Below, in pieces: positions 1 to 5,957 of a DNA stretch of 42,045 bases. Within the stretch, counting starts at the first letter, position 1; every line of letters begins with the position of its first letter. The notes under the pieces were generated by a model. That model ran no database searches. It was not told the origin of the DNA and saw nothing but the letters and a program-made list of their open reading frames with translations. Origin of the DNA: a virus; the IMG/VR virus record IMGVR_UViG_3300045988_083426; one strand, given 5' to 3'. Both the position numbers and the translations under genes were made by a program.

Positions 1-99
1 GCTTTTTTGAAAAGCGCCTAAAAAACTGCACGGAAAGCGGCCTGATTTCAGGCCACTTTTGAGACAACGGCCCCAAAATATGGTAGGATGGCCGTAGGA
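1..99. repeat. Terminal direct repeat, copy 1 (circular-assembly overlap)
   Basis: gcttttttgaaaagcgcc...ggatggccgtagga is identical to 41947-42045. Confidence 0.95.
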
Positions 100-287
100 T
101 GAACGAGCGAATCAAAGAGAGAAGGGAATACTTCGGGCTGAGCCAGCGGGAGCTGGCCCGGCGGGTCGGCGTGGGAAAGACCACGATCTCAGAAATAGAG
201 GGAGGGGATCGGCTGCCGAACGTTGAGACGGCGATACGCATAGCGAGAGCACTGGAAACCACCGTGGAGCAGCTATGGGGAGGGTAA
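99..287 (+). CDS. XRE-family helix-turn-helix regulator (62 aa)
   Basis: LSQRELARRVGVGKTTISEIEGG is a classic HTH_3 signature. Divergent from the integrase across the circular junction. Confidence 0.85.
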   Translation: MNERIKERREYFGLSQRELARRVGVGKTTISEIEGGDRLPNVETAIRIARALETTVEQLWGG

Positions 288-288
288 C

Positions 289-393
289 ATGGACAACAGG
301 AAGGTATTGATAGACGCAATCCTGCGCCTGCTGGCGCTGGCCGACGCGGAGCAGCTGCGGCTGGTGTATATCGCGGCGCTGAACTTGATTTAA
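289..393 (+). CDS. 34-aa microprotein, family copy 1 (MDNRKVLIDAILRLLALADAEQLRLVYIAALNLI)
   Basis: ATG lies 1 nt after the xre stop. Same length as, and about 20/34 identical to, the ORFs at 37681 and 38191. Confidence 0.55.
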   Translation: MDNRKVLIDAILRLLALADAEQLRLVYIAALNLI

Positions 394-401
394 GTATAGC
401 T

Positions 402-457
402 ATACGTAAAAATACGTAAAAAAAGATGTTGACATACGTGTGAATACGTGCTATACT
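402..457 (+). promoter_or_regulatory. hicAB promoter with four ATACGT boxes
   Basis: -35 TTGACA (429-434), 17-nt spacer, TG-extended -10 TATACT (452-457). ATACGTAAAA x2 at 402-421; ATACGTG x2 at 434-440 and 444-450, inside the spacer. Confidence 0.6.
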
Positions 458-483
458 ATATAACAGAAAGCGGGGGTGAGGCA

Positions 484-669
484 GTGAGATACAGCGAGCT
501 GGAAAAGGAACTGAAGAAAGCGGGATGCAAGGTATACCGCGAGGGCGCGAACCATAGCATATGGTACAGCCCCGTCACCGGGCAGAAATTTCCGGTGAGC
601 CGCCACAAAACGGAGGAGATCCCGGCGGGAACACTGAAATCCATACGCAGAGCGGCGGGGCTGGAATAA
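484..669 (+). CDS. hicA: HicA-family mRNA interferase toxin
   Basis: Sequence runs ...KKAGCKVYREGANHSIWYSPVTGQKFPVSRHKTEEIPAGTLKSIRRAAGL, with the HicA pattern G..H....vp.H..ei..g.l..I...aGl. GTG at 484 follows a GGGGGTGAGG SD; the track ORF begins at 448. Confidence 0.8.
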   Translation: MRYSELEKELKKAGCKVYREGANHSIWYSPVTGQKFPVSRHKTEEIPAGTLKSIRRAAGLE

Positions 670-711
670 GCCCCACCGCTCCGGCGGAAACAATAGGAAC
701 GTGAATGATAA

Positions 712-735
712 CAAGAGCAAGAGCAAGAGCAAGAG
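712..735. repeat. Hexanucleotide microsatellite (CAAGAG)x4
   Basis: caagagcaagagcaagagcaagag in the hicA-hicB spacer. It creates the spurious RARARA N-terminal extension of the track ORF at 705. Confidence 0.9.
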
Positions 736-755
736 CAACAACTGGAGGAATGAAT

Positions 756-1151
756 ATGGCGAAATATGTGTATCCGGCAGTTTTTACACAGGAAGCAGAG
801 GGAGGGTATTCGATCAACTTCCCGGATCTGCCGAATTGCTTCACGTCGGCGCCGACGCTGGAGGAGGGGCTTGAGATGGCGGCAGACGTGCTCTGCCTGA
901 CGCTGTACGGCATGGAGGAGGATGGGATCACGCCGCCCGCGCCGTCTGACGTGCGCAGCATTCCCGCCGCGAAGAACGAGCTGACCACGCTGGTGCGCTG
1001 CGACACGATCGAATACCGCAGGTTCTACGACAACAAGGCCGTGAAGAAAACGCTGACGATTCCCTCGTGGCTGAACACGATGGCCGAGCGTCAGGGCGTG
1101 AACTTCTCACTGACGCTGCAGAACGCACTGAAGACAGAGCTGCATATCTAA
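756..1151 (+). CDS. hicB: HicB-family antitoxin
   Basis: MAKYVYPAVFTQEAEGGYSINFPDLPNCFTSAPTLEEGLEMA is a HicB/UPF0150 N-domain, with a C-terminal DNA-binding-like tail. GGAGGA SD lies 6 nt upstream of the ATG at 756. Confidence 0.8.
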   Translation: MAKYVYPAVFTQEAEGGYSINFPDLPNCFTSAPTLEEGLEMAADVLCLTLYGMEEDGITPPAPSDVRSIPAAKNELTTLVRCDTIEYRRFYDNKAVKKTLTIPSWLNTMAERQGVNFSLTLQNALKTELHI

Positions 1152-1188
1152 GAGCACCCCTGTCCCGATTGTGGGACAGGGGTGCTCT
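1151..1188. terminator. Bidirectional stem-loop between hicB and the leftward operon
   Basis: agagcacccctgtccc / gggacaggggtgctct, a 16-bp perfect stem with a 6-nt loop. Confidence 0.7.
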
Positions 1189-1206
1189 GTTAATCATCGC
1201 GTGGAC

Positions 1207-1422
1207 TTACTCTTCAATCTGGTCGGTCATTTGCTGGAGTTTGGCGACGAGCTCTTTCGCAAGATCAAGGTTCATCGTAAGTGAAGCGACGGGTTCCTCG
1301 TTGACCTTGGAAAAGGAATCGTCGTTTTCCTCAAAGTCCGGAAAGCGCTGCACAAACTGGAGCACTATTTCGCCGCCGTCGGCGCGGACAGAGACACGAA
1401 AACCGTTGGTATAGCTGTACAT
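1207..1422 (-). CDS. DUF3467-like small protein (71 aa), third gene of the toxin-antitoxin operon
   Basis: YTNGFRVSVRADGGEIVLQF...LTMNLDLAKELVAKLQQ resembles my recollection of the DUF3467 pattern. AGGAGG SD upstream. Confidence 0.5.
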   Translation of the reverse strand: MYSYTNGFRVSVRADGGEIVLQFVQRFPDFEENDDSFSKVNEEPVASLTMNLDLAKELVAKLQQMTDQIEE

Positions 1423-1437
1423 GTCAGGGGAACCTCC

Positions 1438-1821
1438 TTACATTTCCTTCAGGTCGACAGATTCAAAATCCGGCGTATGAGACGAAAGCGTATTCCACTT
1501 GCCGGGGAAGTCGGCAACTTTACCGGAAGTGGGACGCGCGGAGCGGGGCGTTCCGAACGGGGACCGGACGGGTATATCCAGCTTTGTCGCGATATGCACG
1601 AGGGACTGCAACGTGAAATTACAATCCCCGCGTTCCCATTTTGACACCATGCCCTGAGACACGCCCATAAACTCCGCGAACTGTTTCTGGCTCATGTTTC
1701 GCTTGACACGCTGGGCGACGATCTCGCCGCAGATCACGCCGCAAAGCCCGTTGAAGGCCACTTCCTCTGCGGAGAGAGAGACAGAAAGGGAGGTAAGCAG
1801 ATCATTCATACCTTGAGACAT
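1438..1821 (-). CDS. XRE-family HTH antitoxin (HigA-like)
   Basis: MSQKQFAEFMGVSQGMVSKWERGDCNFTLQSL is an HTH motif. ATG at 1821 follows an AGGAGG SD and lies 1 nt after the upstream toxin stop. Confidence 0.75.
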   Translation of the reverse strand: MSQGMNDLLTSLSVSLSAEEVAFNGLCGVICGEIVAQRVKRNMSQKQFAEFMGVSQGMVSKWERGDCNFTLQSLVHIATKLDIPVRSPFGTPRSARPTSGKVADFPGKWNTLSSHTPDFESVDLKEM

Positions 1822-1822
1822 A

Positions 1823-2215
1823 TTAAAGTTCCTCCTTCTTTTGGCGCAGACGTTCCGCAGCCTGCGGAATGTAGCCGGAATAGTCCGTCTTACGCTTGCC
1901 TGCGCGTTCATGAAACGCGAGCAGAAGAACCGGGGATTGATTCGCCAGAAATGCATACAGGATGCGCAGATTAAAGCCTTTTCCCGCCAAGTGCATACTG
2001 TAAAGCCCGCCGCCGATGTTCTCGAACTCCTTATGCCTGACAGCATGAATCCCCAGAGCCTTCAGCATGGTAAGACGCATCACCAAGAGCCGGAATACAT
2101 CCGCTTCTGTACCGCTGCCGGCGATCAAGGCCAACAATTCCGGCGTGAAATCATCATGTGTGTCTATCATCGCCAAATAATTCAGCAACTGACGCAGGGC
2201 ATCCTCTTTGTTCAT
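1823..2215 (-). CDS. Gp49-like (DUF891) RelE/HigB-superfamily toxin
   Basis: GGGLYSMHLAGKGFNLRILYAFLANQSPVLLLAFHERAGKRKTDY matches the Gp49-like core. AAGGAG SD precedes the ATG at 2215; the track ORF extends to 2278. Confidence 0.7.
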   Translation of the reverse strand: MNKEDALRQLLNYLAMIDTHDDFTPELLALIAGSGTEADVFRLLVMRLTMLKALGIHAVRHKEFENIGGGLYSMHLAGKGFNLRILYAFLANQSPVLLLAFHERAGKRKTDYSGYIPQAAERLRQKKEEL

Positions 2216-2268
2216 TCTATGCTCCTTATTCATGTAAGATATTAACCTATAAATAATATCTTTATTCC

Positions 2269-2308
2269 AAAATATCACTCATAGCAGATATTGTCAAGAA
2301 AAATTGAC
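2269..2308 (-). promoter_or_regulatory. Promoter and palindromic operator of the Gp49-like/XRE operon
   Basis: On the minus strand: -35 TTGACA (2292-2297), 17-nt spacer, -10 TATTTT (2269-2274). GTCAAG-N5-TTGAC palindrome overlaps the -35. Confidence 0.55.
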
Positions 2309-2440
2309 TTGAAACAGGTTATAAAATCGAAAGCCCTTAGAATGGGCACTCTCCTTATCGTGGGAGACCTGTTTTCCAAAGGCTTATATCCTTAGCATAG
2401 AGCTTTGCAAAACAGATGTCAAGAAATATTTGAAAAACGG

Positions 2441-2484
2441 CAAAGAACCCTGTCCGGGGTATGGGACAGGGTTCTTTGTTTTTG
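2441..2484. terminator. Bidirectional rho-independent terminator
   Basis: caaagaaccctgtcc / ggacagggttctttg stem, with T-runs on both strands. Confidence 0.8.
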
Positions 2485-2494
2485 GGGCGCGGGG

Positions 2495-2884
2495 TTATTC
2501 CGCGTCTTTTTTTTGCGCATCGCGCTGGGCGAGGAGCTTGTCGGCCATGTCGGAGAGGAGCTGCCACTGGGGCGGCTCGAGCCGGGCGAGGACGGAGACA
2601 AACTGCCGCTGAAACTCGCTGTCCGGGTCGCGGATGATGGACATGCAGAACTTCGTGATCTCCTCCTCGCGGGAAAGCTGCAGGAACATCTCCCCCTCGC
2701 CGCTGCGCAGCCAGCTCTCCGAGACACCAAACTCCCGGCAGATGGAGACAACTACGGAATCCAGCGGAACACGGGCGCCGCTCTCGTAGGCGGCGACGGT
2801 TCCTTGCTTTACGCCGATTCTCGCTCCGAAATCTGTCTGGTTGAGTTCGAGCGCTTTGCGCAAAAGTTTTATGCGTTCGTTCAT
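2495..2884 (-). CDS. CI-like XRE-family repressor (129 aa)
   Basis: LNQTDFGARIGVKQGTVAAYESGARVP is an HTH motif, followed by a non-peptidase C-terminal domain. AGGAGG SD; divergent from the rightward early genes. Confidence 0.8.
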   Translation of the reverse strand: MNERIKLLRKALELNQTDFGARIGVKQGTVAAYESGARVPLDSVVVSICREFGVSESWLRSGEGEMFLQLSREEEITKFCMSIIRDPDSEFQRQFVSVLARLEPPQWQLLSDMADKLLAQRDAQKKDAE

Positions 2885-2903
2885 ACCTACCTCCTTCGAG
2901 TGC

Positions 2904-2982
2904 AGTATAGCATAAGCAATATTGTATTGCAATATTAATTTATGGAAAAAGTATTGACAATGCCATATCGTTGTGGTATTTT
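2904..2982. promoter_or_regulatory. Divergent immunity promoters with palindromic operators
   Basis: Leftward: -35 TTGCAA (2927-2932), 17-nt spacer, TG-extended -10 TATACT (2904-2909). Rightward: -35 TTGACA (2954-2959), 17-nt spacer, TG-extended -10 TATTTT (2977-2982). CAATATTG and TATTGCAATA palindromes lie between them. Confidence 0.65.
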
Positions 2983-3007
2983 TACATTGCGACCTAGATA
3001 TATGCGT

Positions 3008-3024
3008 CACGCAAAGTATGCGTG
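3008..3024. promoter_or_regulatory. U palindrome copy 1 (CACGCAAAGTATGCGTG)
   Basis: Perfect 6-bp arms with a 5-nt spacer, 17 nt upstream of the ATG at 3041. Confidence 0.7.
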
Positions 3025-3040
3025 CAGGATAGGGGGTGAA

Positions 3041-3181
3041 ATGGTGGAGAAAGAAAGAATCAGAGAATTGCTCGAAAAGCAGCTGGAACTGCTTTCCGAG
3101 CAATCTCGGGGGGACCCGGCTATGCTGCCACAGCTCACGGACAGCATGGTGCAGGTTGTCAGTCTACTCAGGAGTCTTTGA
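3041..3181 (+). CDS. Small protein (46 aa), MVEKERIRELLEKQLELL...
   Basis: AGGGGG SD plus ATGGTGGA start context, shared with the other U cassettes. Confidence 0.6.
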   Translation: MVEKERIRELLEKQLELLSEQSRGDPAMLPQLTDSMVQVVSLLRSL

Positions 3182-3362
3182 GGGAGCCTGAGCGGATCTT
3201 ATTCAGATAGTCCTGCTTCAATTCGCGGCATGCATCAAAGTACATGGATTGAATCTCAGACGGGCTTTTCCTGGACAGATCCTGCGAGCGGAGATACAGG
3301 AGCGCAAGCGCCTCTGTGCGATTGGACGGGAATGTGCTCAATTTCACTTCGCTTGACATCAC
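3168..3362 (-). CDS. Small protein (63-64 aa)
   Basis: AGGAGG SD inside cassette A1. Its 3' end overlaps the 3041 gene by 14 nt. Confidence 0.65.
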   Translation of the reverse strand: MMSSEVKLSTFPSNRTEALALLYLRSQDLSRKSPSEIQSMYFDACRELKQDYLNKIRSGSLKDS

Positions 3363-3384
3363 AAATCACCTCCTTTCCGCTTCC

Positions 3385-3414
3385 ATTTTATCACGGGGGC
3401 GGGAAGAGATACAA
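3385..3414 (-). promoter_or_regulatory. Leftward promoter in cassette A1
   Basis: -35 TTGTAT (3409-3414), 18-nt spacer, TG-extended -10 TAAAAT (3385-3390). Confidence 0.55.
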
Positions 3415-3419
3415 GTGAG

Positions 3420-3471
3420 AAAAGCTGCCCTCGTGGGACACCGCGAAGGGGGGGCACGAGGGCAGCTTTTT
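3420..3471. terminator. Bidirectional hairpin in cassette A1
   Basis: aaaagctgccctcgtg / cacgagggcagctttt, a 16-bp stem with U-runs in both directions. Confidence 0.7.
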
Positions 3472-3503
3472 GCAGTGGTATGTACTGCAAGGGCGTGAAG
3501 CGT

Positions 3504-3520
3504 CACGCAAAGTATGCGTG
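3504..3520. promoter_or_regulatory. U palindrome copy 2
   Basis: CACGCAAAGTATGCGTG, preceded by GCGTGAAGCG, which can alternatively pair with TCACGC. Confidence 0.7.
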
Positions 3521-3533
3521 CGGAGGGGGTGAG

Positions 3534-3668
3534 ATGGATGAATGCGACAGAAACGCTGAAAAGGCTGCTGAACACCGATTGGAGCGGGCGAGAGCCGATG
3601 TTCTATTTTTGCAAATCAACCGTCTGCGAGCCAGTCGGAGCAAGATGCGGCAAGACGGTTGTAGGTGA
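3534..3668 (+). CDS. Small ORF downstream of U copy 2; reading frame ambiguous
   Basis: GGAGGGGG SD then ATGGATG. Frame 1 (3534) gives 44 aa. Frame 2 (ATG 3538, ends 3792) gives MNATETLKRLLNTDWSG... but largely shadows the minus gene 3616-3963. Confidence 0.3.
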   Translation: MDECDRNAEKAAEHRLERARADVLFLQINRLRASRSKMRQDGCR

Positions 3669-3963
3669 AAAAATACTTCCGAAGATCAGCGAGTTCTTCC
3701 GGCTGGATATCCGGAAAGAAGCCGTTCAGATGCCCAGAAAGAAACTGCTGCACGGCAAAGACGGCGGCCGCAATGACGCGCTGCTCGTCTAGGGTAAAGC
3801 GAAAATCACTTCGGACGAGCTTCTGTGAGACAGAGAAAGCGATGGATTCGTTGATGGTTTGCTGGCGGGCGGTATCCGCTTCAAATTCCACAACGAGAGG
3901 CAAGGCGGCCAAGACGGCCTCTGCGTCAGCAGGCGTCAGGCGGATGGGACGGCGCTTTTTCAT
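3616..3963 (-). CDS. Hypothetical protein (115 aa)
   Basis: AAAGGAG SD before the ATG at 3963. Non-repetitive, protein-like sequence. Confidence 0.7.
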   Translation of the reverse strand: MKKRRPIRLTPADAEAVLAALPLVVEFEADTARQQTINESIAFSVSQKLVRSDFRFTLDEQRVIAAAVFAVQQFLSGHLNGFFPDIQPEELADLRKYFFTYNRLAASCSDWLADG

Positions 3964-3995
3964 GTGGGGTATCTCCTTTCAAGATTGATTCTCAG

Positions 3996-4034
3996 TAGAG
4001 CGTAACACAAAGCAGAGTGAGATACAAGTGCGTG
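3996..4034. repeat. Intergenic cassette B, copy 1
   Basis: tagagcgtaacacaaagcagagtgagatacaagtgcgtg is identical to 5032-5070. Confidence 0.9.
3999..4027 (-). promoter_or_regulatory. Leftward promoter in cassette B1
   Basis: -35 TTGTAT (4022-4027), 17-nt spacer, TG-extended -10 TACGCT (3999-4004). Confidence 0.5.
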
Positions 4035-4050
4035 CAGGATAGGGGGTGAG

Positions 4051-4263
4051 ATGGTGGAACCACGCGAGTGCAGCTACGAGGAGTTCTGTGTCGGGATGTT
4101 GGAGTGTCTGCTCCACTATCACGAGCGGGTCACGATGCCTGTGGGACAGAACCTATGCAAAGAGATGGGAACGGAGAAGTGCCCCGAACGACTGGTTACA
4201 GACCAGTACGCCGAGGTACTTCGGGAAGCTATCCGGTGTGTCCGGATTGTTCACGATCTTTGA
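4051..4263 (+). CDS. Small protein (70 aa), LLHYHER...LREAIRCV family, paralog 1
   Basis: AGGGGG SD plus ATGGTGGA. Shares the LLHYHER and LREAIRCV blocks with the 4613 gene. Only the right half-site (TGCGTG, 4029-4034) of the U palindrome is present upstream. Confidence 0.7.
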   Translation: MVEPRECSYEEFCVGMLECLLHYHERVTMPVGQNLCKEMGTEKCPERLVTDQYAEVLREAIRCVRIVHDL

Positions 4264-4447
4264 GAAGACACGTGACAGCGGCACGCACACATTCTATGCA
4301 CTCCGACGCGGATCCGGGCGCATTATCGCAGGTATTTACGAGAAAACGCCCCGGCGCGCTGTCGTCCAACACGGTGACAGGCAGTTGGACTTCGCGGAGA
4401 TACAACGGACAGGAGACGGTTATGACAGACCGCCGCAAAAGAATCAC
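4229..4447 (-). CDS. Possible small protein (about 69-72 aa)
   Basis: Uses the SD carried by cassette A2 (GTG or TTG start). Hand-counted GC3 is about 58%. Fits the alternating pattern of the array. Confidence 0.4.
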   Translation of the reverse strand: MILLRRSVITVSCPLYLREVQLPVTVLDDSAPGRFLVNTCDNAPGSASECIECVRAAVTCLLKDREQSGHTG

Positions 4448-4462
4448 CTCCTTTCCGCTTCC

Positions 4463-4492
4463 ATTTTATCACGGGTACAGGAAGAGATACAA
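4463..4492 (-). promoter_or_regulatory. Leftward promoter in cassette A2
   Basis: -35 TTGTAT (4487-4492), 18-nt spacer, TG-extended -10 TAAAAT (4463-4468). Confidence 0.55.
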
Positions 4493-4497
4493 GTGAG

Positions 4498-4547
4498 AAA
4501 AGCTGCCCTCGTGGGACACCGCGAGGGGGACACGAGGGCAGCTTTTT
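4498..4547. terminator. Bidirectional hairpin in cassette A2
   Basis: Same 16-bp stem as 3420-3471, with a slightly shorter loop. Confidence 0.7.
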
Positions 4548-4579
4548 GCAGTGGTATGTACTGCAAGGGCGTGAAGCGT

Positions 4580-4596
4580 CACGCAAAGTATGCGTG
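4580..4596. promoter_or_regulatory. U palindrome copy 4
   Basis: CACGCAAAGTATGCGTG, 17 nt upstream of the ATG at 4613. Confidence 0.7.
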
Positions 4597-4612
4597 CAGG
4601 ATAGGGGGTGAG

Positions 4613-4816
4613 ATGGTGGACAATCGCACGGAAGTGCGGCTGAACGTGCTGCAGGGGCTGCTCCACTATCACGAGCGGATGATGGCCGGGGGCATACGGA
4701 TGCAGGATCCGAACGGGACGGAGACAGAAGTACCCATCGAAAAGTTCTACGATGGGTACGCCGATGCACTGCGGGAGGCCATCCGCTGCGTGAAACTGGT
4801 TAACGGTCGGACATGA
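4613..4816 (+). CDS. Small protein (67 aa), LLHYHER...LREAIRCV family, paralog 2
   Basis: MVDNRTEVRLNVLQGLLHYHERMM...ALREAIRCVKLV. Same SD and start context as 4051. Confidence 0.7.
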   Translation: MVDNRTEVRLNVLQGLLHYHERMMAGGIRMQDPNGTETEVPIEKFYDGYADALREAIRCVKLVNGRT

Positions 4817-5000
4817 CGGTCTTGTAGACGGACGTGAGACAGTTCCGGCAGACAGGATCCGGGCAGTAATTATCGCAGCCGTTGGGATGTAGGAAGCGAG
4901 TTTCGTTCACGGTGAGTTCCCGAACCCAGACTTTCCGCTTGATGAAGTCCTTCGGGCACTCCACGGTAACGGGAAATTCGCGAATATCTGCGGTTTTCAT
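4800..5000 (-). CDS. Small Cys-rich (putative zinc-binding) protein (66 aa)
   Basis: CPKD...GCDNYCPDPVCRNC cysteine cluster. AAAGGAG SD. 17-nt convergent overlap with 4613-4816. Confidence 0.65.
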   Translation of the reverse strand: MKTADIREFPVTVECPKDFIKRKVWVRELTVNETRFLHPNGCDNYCPDPVCRNCLTSVYKTVMSDR

Positions 5001-5031
5001 GGCAGGCTCCTTTCTGCGGATGGCCTCCGGT

Positions 5032-5070
5032 TAGAGCGTAACACAAAGCAGAGTGAGATACAAGTGCGTG
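5032..5070. repeat. Intergenic cassette B, copy 2
   Basis: Identical 39-mer to 3996-4034. Confidence 0.9.
5035..5063 (-). promoter_or_regulatory. Leftward promoter in cassette B2
   Basis: -35 TTGTAT (5058-5063), 17-nt spacer, TG-extended -10 TACGCT (5035-5040). Confidence 0.5.
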
Positions 5071-5076
5071 AAGCAT

Positions 5077-5093
5077 CACGTAAAGTATGCGTG
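5077..5093. promoter_or_regulatory. U palindrome copy 5 (one arm mismatch)
   Basis: CACGTAAAGTATGCGTG, preceded by GCGTGAAGCA. Confidence 0.6.
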
Positions 5094-5104
5094 CAGAAGG
5101 GGAG

Positions 5105-5320
5105 ATGAGGCAGATGAGAAGAAAGTCAATGCACTGCTCGGTAGAGCCGACGGATGACAGACCACTGTTTACGCATGAGCCGCAGATCAAAGCCGGGCAG
5201 CTCGATATGATGCCGGTAGGCGTGGTCGTCGCCACGCCGCTGGGGGATGACCCAAATGACATGCAGGGCTACCCGGGCAGCTGGGAAAAAAAGGCCGCAC
5301 TATGGGAGCGCGTCGAATGA
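5105..5320 (+). CDS. Small protein (71 aa)
   Basis: AAGGGGAG SD then ATG at 5105, downstream of U copy 5. Confidence 0.55.
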   Translation: MRQMRRKSMHCSVEPTDDRPLFTHEPQIKAGQLDMMPVGVVVATPLGDDPNDMQGYPGSWEKKAALWERVE

Positions 5321-5857
5321 GACCATGGGGCCGATCGTCACGGGGAGCGTAAGAAGCAGTTCCGGCAAGGGATCATCTGTGAAGTCGTGGCTCCAATAGT
5401 GATGCAGGCTACTTTCAATTTTGATGACGGCTTGAATATAGTCATTTTCCAAAGCCGGCGCAAGTGAACAGTCTATGGCCGATAGACGCAGGTGATTCGC
5501 GTCATAAGCATTGCACGGTTTGTCATAGTACACCTCGAAAATGCGGGAAGGAGGGCTGATACGAAAAATCCTTTCCCACAGTTTGAAGTGCTCAAGTTTT
5601 GGGACGGCATAAAAGCTCGAGAGCCGAGACGGCGCGTCCGGATAGTTCGATTTGCGGAACAATTCGGCCCGCACTTCCAGATTGTGAGAGGCAATTGCGG
5701 AAGTGGAAAGCACCTGTGGCGAGCCGCTGAACAGGTTTTCTTCGGAGATTCCCCATTGAGACAGTTCCGCAAGCCCGAAGCTGTTCGGCACTGAAAAGCC
5801 GCAGATGCGCTGTCCAGTGGACAATGTTCCATTGCGATCCAGATGGTAAGCGATCAA
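5300..5857 (-). CDS. Hypothetical protein (185 aa), orphan
   Basis: AGGAGG SD 7 nt before a TTG start at 5857. Contains EVRAELFRKSNYPDAPSRLSSFYAV, which may be DUF2441-like (unverified recollection). Confidence 0.6.
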   Translation of the reverse strand: MIAYHLDRNGTLSTGQRICGFSVPNSFGLAELSQWGISEENLFSGSPQVLSTSAIASHNLEVRAELFRKSNYPDAPSRLSSFYAVPKLEHFKLWERIFRISPPSRIFEVYYDKPCNAYDANHLRLSAIDCSLAPALENDYIQAVIKIESSLHHYWSHDFTDDPLPELLLTLPVTIGPMVSFDALP

Positions 5858-5881
5858 AAGATTCACCTCCTTCCTGCGGCC

Positions 5882-5910
5882 AGTATAGCACGGCGGGGAG
5901 GAGGGGACAA
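5882..5910 (-). promoter_or_regulatory. Promoter of the 185-aa gene
   Basis: -35 TTGTCC (5905-5910), 17-nt spacer, TG-extended -10 TATACT (5882-5887). Confidence 0.55.
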
Positions 5911-5923
5911 GGGGGTGGGGCGT

Positions 5924-5940
5924 CACGCAAAGTATGAGTA
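5924..5940. promoter_or_regulatory. U palindrome copy 6 (right arm degenerate)
   Basis: CACGCAAAGTATGAGTA, directly upstream of the AAGGAGGGGGG SD of the XRE gene. Confidence 0.5.
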
Positions 5941-5957
5941 AGGAGGGGGGTGAAGGT

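Larger units (their letters stand above)
3364..3537. repeat. Intergenic cassette A, copy 1 (about 175 bp)
   Basis: Near-identical to 4442-4616 apart from a few substitutions and small indels. Carries a leftward SD and promoter, a bidirectional hairpin, TGGTATGTA, the U palindrome, a rightward SD and an ATG. Confidence 0.9.
4442..4616. repeat. Intergenic cassette A, copy 2
   Basis: Near-identical to 3364-3537. Confidence 0.9.

Noticed and set aside
289-393. The 34-aa peptides as arbitrium- or RRNPP-type quorum-sensing pro-peptides.
   Set aside because: They have no N-terminal signal sequence, and no TPR-type receptor (AimR/Rap/PlcR-like) is encoded. The adjacent regulators are 56-62-aa XRE and RHH proteins.
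705-755. N-terminal extension of HicB (MITRARARARATTGG) given by the ORF track.
   Set aside because: It is produced by translating the hexanucleotide repeat. The SD GGAGGA sits just before the ATG at 756.
2300-2440. A possible plus-strand small RNA ending at the bidirectional terminator 2441-2484.
   Set aside because: No convincing plus-strand promoter exists. TAGAAT at 2338-2343 lacks a -35, and the TTGACT at 2304 is at the wrong spacing. The terminator is explained by the leftward repressor gene.
3538-3792. The 84-aa alternative reading (MNATETLKRLL...) for the rightward gene of module 2.
   Set aside because: From 3616 onward it is antisense to the better-supported 115-aa gene and is probably a shadow frame. 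It is kept as an alternative in the feature note, not as a separate call.
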